A stretch of DNA of 64,000 bases from Myxococcota bacterium (GTDB lineage: Bacteria > Myxococcota_A > UBA9160 > PR03): assembly GCA_039794265.1 (NCBI GenBank), contig JBDIVR010000015.1:33164-97163 (forward strand). The letters are read 5' to 3'. The position numbers and the translations under genes are program-made. Positions 1-7,544 of this stretch are shown piece after piece (positions within the stretch are counted from its first letter, which is position 1; every line of letters starts with the position of its first letter). The notes beneath the pieces were generated by a model that did not search any database, was not told the DNA's origin, and saw nothing but the letters and a program-made list of their open reading frames with translations.

Positions 1-485
1 GGGAGCGCGGGCTGCCGCTCGAAGAGGGCGTCGGCTGGCGGATGCGCATGGCGCCCGGCGAGGAGACCTTCGAAGACGCGCTCTGCGGACGGCAGCGGCA
101 GACTCCCGCGCAGCAGTGCGGCGACCTGCTGATCCGGGACCGGCTCGGCAATTGGAGCTACCAGTTCGCCGTCGCCGTCGACGATTTCCTGCAGGACATC
201 ACGCTGGTGATCCGAGGTCTCGACCTGTTGGCGTCGACCGGGCGTCAGCTGCGCATCGCACGACTGCTCGGGCGCGCGGCGCCGCCGGTGTTCCTGCACC
301 ACGGACTGCTGATGCAGTCCCCGACGCAGAAGCTCAGCAAGGCGGACGGGGCCACGGGGGTGCGCGAGCTGCGCGCCGCGGGCTGGACGGCGCCCAGAGT
401 CCTCGGAGAGGCGGCGCACCGGCTCGGCCTGCAAGCAGCGCCCTCGCCGCTGGCAGCGGATGCCGTCGAGCAGCTCTTCCGCTGA
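1..485 (+). CDS. gluQ: glutamyl-Q tRNA(Asp) synthetase, C-terminal part (5' end lies outside the window)
   Basis: The reading frame of ORF 42..485 is open to the window edge. The translation ...GDLLIRDRLGNWSYQFAVAVDDFLQDITLVIRGLDLLASTGRQ...QKLSKADG matches the GluRS-like catalytic core of GluQRS/YadB, including a KMSKS-type KLSK motif. Confidence 0.8.
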   Translation, partial: ERGLPLEEGVGWRMRMAPGEETFEDALCGRQRQTPAQQCGDLLIRDRLGNWSYQFAVAVDDFLQDITLVIRGLDLLASTGRQLRIARLLGRAAPPVFLHHGLLMQSPTQKLSKADGATGVRELRAAGWTAPRVLGEAAHRLGLQAAPSPLAADAVEQLFR

Positions 486-515
486 CGGCCTCCGCGCGGC
501 CGTCGCGCTGCTACC

Positions 516-2981
516 GTGCAGGGCCCGTCCGTTGCGACGATCCTTCGAGACCCCGCCGCCGTGCACGCCTCCCGCCACACCCTCGACGTGCTCGAATGGC
601 CGCTGGTCGTCGCGCGCTTGCGCCAGCTGACGCGCACGCCGGCCGGCCGCCAGCGCTGCGACGACGACGAAGGTCCGTTCGCGACCGACATCGACGCGGC
701 TCGCGAGCGACTCGCCGAGACCAGCGAAGCGCGCGCGGTACTGGCGTTCGCGGCGCCGCCGCTCGGCGGCCTCGTCGGGATCGGTGCGCCGCTGCAACGC
801 GCCGAGCGCGGCGGTTCGATCGCCGCCGGCGAGCTGCTCGACATCGCGACGACGATCGAGGCGATCACCGCGACGGCTCGGTTCCTGGACGGGCAGCGCG
901 CCACGGCTCCGCGTCTCGCGGCGCTCGCCGACCGTCTCGGCCTGCACCAGCGGCTGGCCGACGAGATCCGCGACGCGCTCGACTCCGAAGGGCACGTGCG
1001 CGACTCGGTGTCGCCGATTCTCGCCAGCGCACGCGCGGACGCCCGTCGGCTGGCCGGCGAGATCCAACGCCGCCTAGACGCTGCGCTACACGACCCCGCG
1101 TTCCAGCCGTATCTCTCGGATCGCTTCGTGACGGTCCGCAACGATCGCTACGTGCTGCCCGTGCGTGCCGATGCGCGAGGACGGATTCGCGGCATCGTGC
1201 ACGATGCTTCCTCTTCCGGCACGACGCTGTTCATCGAGCCGCAGGCGGTCGTCGACGCGAACAACCAGCTCAAGGAGACGGAGCTGCGGATCGAGCGCGA
1301 GACGGCGCGCGTGCTCCGCGCGCTCGCCGACGGCGCCGGACGCGAGGCGTCCGCACTGCACGCGAGCCTCGCCGTGCTCGAAGCGATCGACCTCGCGTTT
1401 GCGCGCGGCGCATTGTCTGCGCAGTGGAACGCCGTCGAGCCGGAGCTCCGGGACGAGGGCATCTTCGCGCTGCCCCAGCTCCGGCATCCGCTGCTCGACC
1501 CGGCGCAGGCAGTGCCGAACGACCTGCACCTCGGCGACCCGGTCTGCGTCCTCGTCCTCTCGGGCCCGAACGCCGGCGGCAAGACCGTCGCGATGAAGGC
1601 CGTGGCGCTCGCGGCATTGTGCGCGCGCGCCGGCCTGCACGTCGCCGCGGCGCCCGGCGCCCGCGTCGACTGGACCGACCGCCTGCTCGCGGACATCGGC
1701 GACTCCCAGAGCCTGCGCGAGAACCTCTCGACCTTCTCCGCGCACCTGGCCAACCTGGCGCGGATCGTCGACGCGGCCGATGCACGCACGCTCGTCGTAC
1801 TCGACGAGATCGGCGACGGCACCGATCCCGGCGAGGGAGCGGCGCTGGCGCAGGCGGTCCTCGAGGCGCTCGCGAGCGCCGGCGCGCGCGTACTCGTGAC
1901 GACGCACTACGGGCTCCTGAAGGAGATGGCGCAGGTCGACGCGCGCTTCGAGAACGCCAGCTTCGACTTCGACCCCGAAACGCTCGCGCCGACGTATCGC
2001 TTGCGGGTCGGCGTACCCGGCGTGTCGTCCGCCACCGCGGTGGCCGCGCGCATGGGGCTGCGCCACGACGTGCTGGAGCGAGCGGGCGAGCTCTTGGACC
2101 GCGCCGATCGGCGACTCGAGCGCACGCTCGCCGAGCTGAACGCGAGCCGCGTGCGGCTCGAGGAAGAGCATCGCGCGGTGTCACAGGCGCGGGCGGAGAC
2201 GGAGACGCAGCGCAGCGAGCTGCGAGCCCGTCTCGAGCACCTCCAGAACCGCCGCGATCGGCTCTACGCAGACATGCGCCGGGACCTCGAGCAGTCCTTC
2301 CGCCGCGCACACGACGAAGTGGCGACGGTGATTCGTGAGCTGCAACGCGCGCCGAGCGCCCGGGAGGCCGAGCGCGCCCGGCGCGAGCTGCTCGAGATCG
2401 CGAACCGTGCGCAGCAGGAGCAGCAGGCGACGGAGGCCGAGCGCGCGGAGAGTGCGCCGGCACCGGCCTCGGCCGACTTCGCACCAGTCGACTGGCCGAG
2501 CGCCCGGCCCGGAGATCGCGTCGGCGTCGCCGGCGGCGGCATCGGCGTGCTGGCGGCGCTGCCCGACCGGCGCGGCCGCGTTGCCGTACTGCTCGGCAGC
2601 GCGCGGGTGCTGGTGCCGCGCGAGCGCGTCGGCATCCCGCAGGCCGCCGCGGCGGGCGCCGTCGAGCGACGGGACGCCGCGAGCCGCGTCGTCGTGGACG
2701 CGGCCGGCCAGCGGCCCGAAGACGCGCCGGCACGCGGCGGCAGCGACCGCTGCGACCTGCGCGGGCTGCGCGTCGACGAGGCGCTCGCCGAACTCATGCG
2801 CGCGCTCGATCGCGCCGCGCTCGAAAGCCGGGCGCAGCTCGGCATCGTCCACGGCATCGGCACCGGCGCGCTGCGCGACGCTGTTCGGCGTCACCTCACG
2901 GACTCCCCCTATGTGGCGCGCTTCGCCGCCGCGGCCCCCGATGCCGGCGGCGAGGGCGTCACCGAGGTCGTGCTGCGCTGA
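516..2981 (+). CDS. mutS2: endonuclease MutS2 (MutS ATPase plus C-terminal Smr domain)
   Basis: 821-aa ORF with a GTG start. It has Walker A GPNAGGKTVAMK and a DEIGDGTDP region. The C-terminal Smr-like segment reads CDLRGLRVDEALAEL...GIVHGIGTGALRDAVRRHL. Confidence 0.9.
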   Translation: MQGPSVATILRDPAAVHASRHTLDVLEWPLVVARLRQLTRTPAGRQRCDDDEGPFATDIDAARERLAETSEARAVLAFAAPPLGGLVGIGAPLQRAERGGSIAAGELLDIATTIEAITATARFLDGQRATAPRLAALADRLGLHQRLADEIRDALDSEGHVRDSVSPILASARADARRLAGEIQRRLDAALHDPAFQPYLSDRFVTVRNDRYVLPVRADARGRIRGIVHDASSSGTTLFIEPQAVVDANNQLKETELRIERETARVLRALADGAGREASALHASLAVLEAIDLAFARGALSAQWNAVEPELRDEGIFALPQLRHPLLDPAQAVPNDLHLGDPVCVLVLSGPNAGGKTVAMKAVALAALCARAGLHVAAAPGARVDWTDRLLADIGDSQSLRENLSTFSAHLANLARIVDAADARTLVVLDEIGDGTDPGEGAALAQAVLEALASAGARVLVTTHYGLLKEMAQVDARFENASFDFDPETLAPTYRLRVGVPGVSSATAVAARMGLRHDVLERAGELLDRADRRLERTLAELNASRVRLEEEHRAVSQARAETETQRSELRARLEHLQNRRDRLYADMRRDLEQSFRRAHDEVATVIRELQRAPSAREAERARRELLEIANRAQQEQQATEAERAESAPAPASADFAPVDWPSARPGDRVGVAGGGIGVLAALPDRRGRVAVLLGSARVLVPRERVGIPQAAAAGAVERRDAASRVVVDAAGQRPEDAPARGGSDRCDLRGLRVDEALAELMRALDRAALESRAQLGIVHGIGTGALRDAVRRHLTDSPYVARFAAAAPDAGGEGVTEVVLR

Positions 2982-3001
2982 CGCGGCGACGCGCGCGGCG
3001 C

Positions 3002-4354
3002 TCAGCCGCGCAGGTCGGCGAGCAGGTCCGCCGCGGCACGCTGGCCGGACGCCGCGGCGCCATCGAGACTCGGCGCAGCGAGCCAGTCGCCGGCGAAGTA
3101 CAGCCGGCGGCCGGCGGCGCGGCGATCGGCCTGCACCGCGCGCAAGCTGGCGAGCCGGCGGAACGCGCCGACTTCGAAGCGCGGCCAGGCGCCCGGAAAG
3201 CGCGTCACGACCCCGTCGCCCGAGACCTCGAGTCCCCCCGGCACGCAGCGGGCCGAGGCCTCGATCAGCTCCGCCGCCACCACGCCATCGGGCTCGCCCA
3301 GGTGCGCCGCGCTCCACGGCTCGCGGGCAAGCGCAGTCACGCGGCCTCTTCCGACATCGGCCGGGCCGCGATCGCCGCTCGGTTCGAACGCGAGCAGCGA
3401 CAGCGGAGAGCCAACGGCCCGCGGGATCCGGATGCGCGTCGGGACCGACACCGGGAGCGGACGCGCGCTGCCGCTCCACGAGATTGCCGCGTCGACCCGC
3501 ACGGCGCCGAGGGCGTCGCGCTCCGCGCTGGAGAGCAGCGACTGCGCGATGCGCAGCGCCTCCGCGGCCGGCGTGGCGATCAGCACGGCGTCGGCGTCCA
3601 GCGTCTCGCTGCCGGTCGGCGCTTCGATCGAGACGCGCAGACGCCCGCCCGCACCGGCATCGATCTCCGACACCGTGCGGCCTAGGCGGACGCCGAGTCG
3701 CGCTGCGAGCAGCTCCGCCAGCAGCCCCGGCGCCTCCCGCAGCGCACCCGCCTCGCCGCAGCCCTCGCCGTGCCAGCGCAGCAGGAATGCGGCGCGACTC
3801 GCCTCGCACTCGTCCACCGGCGCGCGTTCGGCGAGCCACGGTTCGAGCCAGCTCTCGACGCAGCGGCGGCCGAAATACAGCTCACCGAAGTCCCGCAAGG
3901 ATCGATCGTCGAGCGGCGCGGCACGTTCCGCGTGCGCCACGTCGAGATGCGATGCGTAGCGACGTCCGAGCCGCGGCAGCCGCAGCAGGCGCAGCGCATC
4001 GAACCAGCGCAGGCCCGGCGTCCGCGCGATCTCCCACGCCTCGCCGTCGGCGACGGGTCCGAAGCCGATGCCCGGCGCCGCGAGCTGCGCACGGGCCCAC
4101 CGCCGCAGCGGCAGCAGCTCGTCGGCGAGCCCGGCCTCGCGCACCAGCGCGAGCAACGCCGCATCGGCGGTCGTCACGCGCGCCACCGTGGCGTCGATCG
4201 CGCCAGTCGGCAGCGTCGCCAGCGTCGCCCGGCCGCCGGCGCGCGCCCCGCGCTCGAGGAGGCGGACGCGATGGCCGGCCGCGGCGAGACGCTGCGCCGC
4301 TGCGAGGCCTGCAAAGCCCGCTCCGACGACGACGATCTCCGCCGCTGTGGACAA
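3002..4354 (-). CDS. FAD-dependent oxidoreductase (amine oxidase / protoporphyrinogen oxidase / phytoene desaturase superfamily); substrate unknown
   Basis: 450-aa ORF with a TTG start at 4354. The N-terminus carries the dinucleotide fold VVVGAGFAGLAAAQRL...LLERGARAGGRA and the C-terminus reads RLYFAGDW...GAAASG. It starts 9 nt after the stop of the upstream GH36-HAD gene on the same strand. Confidence 0.75.
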   Translation of the reverse strand: MSTAAEIVVVGAGFAGLAAAQRLAAAGHRVRLLERGARAGGRATLATLPTGAIDATVARVTTADAALLALVREAGLADELLPLRRWARAQLAAPGIGFGPVADGEAWEIARTPGLRWFDALRLLRLPRLGRRYASHLDVAHAERAAPLDDRSLRDFGELYFGRRCVESWLEPWLAERAPVDECEASRAAFLLRWHGEGCGEAGALREAPGLLAELLAARLGVRLGRTVSEIDAGAGGRLRVSIEAPTGSETLDADAVLIATPAAEALRIAQSLLSSAERDALGAVRVDAAISWSGSARPLPVSVPTRIRIPRAVGSPLSLLAFEPSGDRGPADVGRGRVTALAREPWSAAHLGEPDGVVAAELIEASARCVPGGLEVSGDGVVTRFPGAWPRFEVGAFRRLASLRAVQADRRAAGRRLYFAGDWLAAPSLDGAAASGQRAAADLLADLRG

Positions 4355-4363
4355 CGCCGCGCC

Positions 4364-7021
4364 TCAGCCTCTCGCGAGCCGCGCCGCGAGTCGATCGACC
4401 ACATCGTGCAGCGTCTCGAACGGCTCGTAGGGAGCGCCGCGCGAGGCAAGCTCCTCCGCCAGCGACTTCTTCGCGAACACGATGTCTGCAGCATCCGCCG
4501 CGCACAGGTCCGACACGCGGCCATCGCCGATGTGAACAACCGGAACGCCCGGGTGTCGGCTGCGGAAGTGCTCGATGCGAGAGCGCTTGCACACACCGGT
4601 CCCGCAGCCGCAGTCCGGGTTCGGGTGGCCGGCGGCGATCCGCCAGACCCCATGTTCGTAGCGGAGGTGATTGGCGTCGTAGGCGAAGCGGATCCCGCTC
4701 AGCTCCTGCAGGCGGTCGAGGTTGCGGTCGAAGCCGTCCGAGAGCACGCGGAACGGGATCGCGCGCTGCTCGCACCACTCGATCAGAGGACCGGCGCCGG
4801 GATCCAGCTCGACGGTGCGCAGGAACGCCTCGAGCTCGGCCTCGGGCAGCGCCAGACCTTCGAGCAGCTCGAGGTTGTACTGCCACGCCGTCAGCTCGCC
4901 GCGTTCGAGCCGCGGCCACAGCACTTCACGCCGTGCGCCGGCATGGCGCTGCGCCAGCGTGGAGCCCACGTCCTGCGCGGCGAAGGTGCCGTCGAAGTCG
5001 CAGAAGATGACCAGGGGAGGCCGGCCGCGCAGGCGGTACAGCGCCGCGGCGTGCGGCGGAAGCGACACAGAGATCTGTCCGTTCTCGGTGCTCGCCTCCG
5101 GCGAGCCGAGCAGCGGTTCGGGCGACGCATCGGCCAGCGGTCGCGGCACCACCGCCGCCACGGCCGCCCGGCTCACGGAACACTCGTGGAGCGTCTCGCC
5201 GGGATTGAACAGCGCCAGCAGCCGATCGCCGAACGCGCGCGCCACGACGGCGTGTCCGATCTCGTCGGCGCCGAGGTCGAGGACGCGCGCGGCGCCCGCC
5301 TGCTGCGCCTCGTCGACTTCCCGCGCCAGCTGCGCGGTCTCCCGCACCAGCGCGCGCTCTTCGGGCGACAGCGCTGGAAGATCGTCGGAGACGATCGTCA
5401 TGCCGCCGGTCACGGCGATCGAGATCGCCAGCGCACGCACCTCGTCGCGGGTGAGCTGCGAGTCCTTCGAGCGCGCGAGCAGACAATCGGGATCGTTCAG
5501 CCACAGCCGTCGGTGCATCCATGCGCGCGCCAGCGTGTTGCGCAGCGCATTGCGACCGGACGGCACGGTCGCCTCGATCCCCGGGATCCGCGCGATCGGC
5601 AGCGTCTCCCAGTGTGGCGCCGTATCGGGCCCGATCCGCATCCCATCGACGACACCCACGGCCGGTCCCAGCGGACACCCGCAGCCGAGCAGAAATGCGT
5701 GCTCGCCAGCCCCGGCTCGCACGGACTCGAGGCCGCGACGCAGGCGCGCGGCGCGGGGGATGCGCGGGTCGTGGGCGCCGGCGAGGAGTGCCGCGGTGTA
5801 CAGGAAATCGAGCTTCAGGTAGTGGAAGCCCATCTCGACGAGCGCGCGAAACGTCCGCTCGAGGTGTGCGCGGACGTCCGGATGGGTGGGATCGAGCACG
5901 TGGACCCAGCCACCTGGTGTCCACATCCCGTGATGGAGCCCGCGCAGCGGCGCCTCCGGCGTCTCGAGCTCGCGCAGCAGCCAGTCCGGATGGTCCCCGA
6001 ACACGCGGCTCTCGGGAACGACGCAGAACGGCGCCGTCCACAGGCCGGCGGTGAAGCCGGCGTCGCGAACGGCATGCGCGATCGCCGGCAAGCCGCTCGG
6101 AAATTTCTCGTTGGTCTCGAGCCAGTCGCCGATCTCGCGCTGGTAACCGTCGTCGAGCTGGACGAGATCGATCGGCAGCTCGTGGCGGGCGGCGGCGAGC
6201 GTCTCGAGATTGCGCAGGAACGCCGCCTCGGTCACGTCGTGGAAGAAGTGGTACCACGAGCACCAGCCGACCTGGAACGGCGCGCAGCGACGCGCGCGCG
6301 CCGCGACTCTGTGTGCGTCGGCGAACCGTTCGAGCAGCACGCTGGCATCGGCGCCGAGCGCGACGTGCATCGACTCGAGCTCGATCGACTCGCCGGGTTC
6401 GACGGGTCGCTCGACGCGCTGCTCCAGCTCGACGCGCAGCGCCTCGCCGTCGCGACGCGCGAAGACGGTGCCGAACGCCCGGCCGCTCTCGAGCACTCCC
6501 GCCAGGCAGTGCGGGCCGCCGGCGGCGGCGCCGGCCACCAGCGCACCGTCGGACTCGTGCCAGCCGAGTCGGTCCGCCGGCGGGACGCCGTGGGCATGGT
6601 GGAAACCGCGCAGCCACGCGCCCGACGGAAACGGCGCGGTTCCGTCGTCATCGAGCGCCGTGCCGCCGGCGAACGACCACGACTGGTACCCCTGCCGCAG
6701 CAGGCGCCAGGAGCCCGCTGCGAGTCCGCCGGCCGGCGGGCGCCAGCGGAAGCCGAGACCGAAGGCCACCAGCTGGACCGGCTCGTCACTGGCGTTCCGG
6801 ATGCGCGTGCGCCACGTCATCGCGGCGGGTGTCGCCTCCGTCTCGGCGGTCACCCGGAGCGGACCGCAGGCGAACGCGCCGGCGGCGAGAGGGGCCTCGT
6901 AGGGAACCGCAGCCTCTCCGGCCTCTGACGGCGCCGCGACGCGCACGAACGCTCGGTGCGGCTCGAGCAGACCGGCCGCGGGATGTCGGAGCGCAGGCGC
7001 GGGCCCGCCGGGTTCGGACAT
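4364..7021 (-). CDS. fusion protein: GH36 (melibiase/alpha-galactosidase-like) domain plus C-terminal HAD-IB phosphatase (MtnX-like) domain
   Basis: I place the start at the ATG at 7021 (MSEPGGPAP...). The track ORF extends to 7777, but that extension is low-complexity. GH36-type motifs: GWCSWYHFFHDVTE, DLVQLDDGYQREIGDW, FPSGL, GLWTAPF, YLKLDFLY, GCGCPLGP, WLNDPDCLL. The last ~215 aa read VIFCDFDGTF...SDGFD...HIGDGRSD (HAD motifs I-IV) with a CGCGTGVCK cluster like MtnX-type phosphatases. Confidence 0.75.
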   Translation of the reverse strand: MSEPGGPAPALRHPAAGLLEPHRAFVRVAAPSEAGEAAVPYEAPLAAGAFACGPLRVTAETEATPAAMTWRTRIRNASDEPVQLVAFGLGFRWRPPAGGLAAGSWRLLRQGYQSWSFAGGTALDDDGTAPFPSGAWLRGFHHAHGVPPADRLGWHESDGALVAGAAAGGPHCLAGVLESGRAFGTVFARRDGEALRVELEQRVERPVEPGESIELESMHVALGADASVLLERFADAHRVAARARRCAPFQVGWCSWYHFFHDVTEAAFLRNLETLAAARHELPIDLVQLDDGYQREIGDWLETNEKFPSGLPAIAHAVRDAGFTAGLWTAPFCVVPESRVFGDHPDWLLRELETPEAPLRGLHHGMWTPGGWVHVLDPTHPDVRAHLERTFRALVEMGFHYLKLDFLYTAALLAGAHDPRIPRAARLRRGLESVRAGAGEHAFLLGCGCPLGPAVGVVDGMRIGPDTAPHWETLPIARIPGIEATVPSGRNALRNTLARAWMHRRLWLNDPDCLLARSKDSQLTRDEVRALAISIAVTGGMTIVSDDLPALSPEERALVRETAQLAREVDEAQQAGAARVLDLGADEIGHAVVARAFGDRLLALFNPGETLHECSVSRAAVAAVVPRPLADASPEPLLGSPEASTENGQISVSLPPHAAALYRLRGRPPLVIFCDFDGTFAAQDVGSTLAQRHAGARREVLWPRLERGELTAWQYNLELLEGLALPEAELEAFLRTVELDPGAGPLIEWCEQRAIPFRVLSDGFDRNLDRLQELSGIRFAYDANHLRYEHGVWRIAAGHPNPDCGCGTGVCKRSRIEHFRSRHPGVPVVHIGDGRVSDLCAADAADIVFAKKSLAEELASRGAPYEPFETLHDVVDRLAARLARG

Positions 7022-7247
7022 GGGCCGCACGGTAACCCGGAGCCCCGAAAGTGCGAGCCCCGGAGCGCAGGACGAGGGCGCTGCGTCGGCGCGCCGCGCG
7101 AGGACCCGCTTGCCGGCGCGCTGCGCGCCATCGACGCCGGCTTCGTTCGCGAAGCTCGTCGCCGATCCCAGGGACCACGGCGGGGGTCCGGTCGATCGAC
7201 CGCCCGTCCATTTCGATCCTGAGCCCAGCGACGAACTGCGCCGCGTG

Positions 7248-7268
7248 GGTGACGAACTTTGCGTCACC
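7248..7268. promoter_or_regulatory. inverted repeat GGTGACG-N7-CGTCACC, candidate upstream activator site
   Basis: Perfect 7-bp arms at 7248-7254 and 7262-7268. The centre lies ~115 bp upstream of the GG of the -24 element at 7373, which is the usual distance for enhancer-binding-protein sites. Confidence 0.3.
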
Positions 7269-7371
7269 GCAGGCTCCGCGCTGCGCCCGTGTTGCCAGCC
7301 ACCTGCCGCAGCGTCGAGTGGGGTTGCACGGGCGCTGCCCGATCTCGTGCTCCTGGAGCCACTTTGGTACT

Positions 7372-7386
7372 TGGCACCGCCCTTGC
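7372..7386 (+). promoter_or_regulatory. sigma-54 type -24/-12 promoter (TGGCACcgcccTTGC)
   Basis: Exact TGGCAC-N5-TTGC. GG is at 7373-7374 and GC at 7385-7386 (12-nt offset). It is intergenic and points at the GH20 gene (ATG at 7545). Predicted TSS is near 7398. Confidence 0.55.
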
Positions 7387-7425
7387 TCTCTCTGTAGGTC
7401 ACAACACAGAGCCTCGCGGTCCACC

Positions 7426-7483
7426 GCGCCCGGACTGGCAACCCCTCCCCCAGCACTTCGGTACTGGGTGCCAGTCCGGGCGC
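7426..7483 (+). promoter_or_regulatory. long leader hairpin capped by a C(UUCG)G tetraloop
   Basis: A 15-bp basal stem pairs 7426-7440 with 7469-7483. An 8-nt 5' bulge follows. The upper stem is CCCAG/CUGGG plus AC/GU, closing the loop TTCG at 7457-7460. The structure lies between the predicted TSS and the GH20 start codon. Confidence 0.45.
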
Positions 7484-7544
7484 ATCGCGTCGAGGCCTCG
7501 GTCTCGGCGGCGACTCGCTGGCTCGTTCTCTAGCCTCGCGCTCC

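Noticed and set aside
116-6928. Very long track ORFs such as 116..2338, 1270..2733, 2181..3839, 2335..5010 and 3770..6928
   Set aside because: The translations are Arg/Ala/Pro/Gly-rich and low-complexity with no family motifs. They lie antisense to, or out of frame with, genes that have clear motifs (mutS2, the oxidoreductase, the GH36-HAD fusion). This is the expected stop-codon-poor artefact of ~70% GC DNA.
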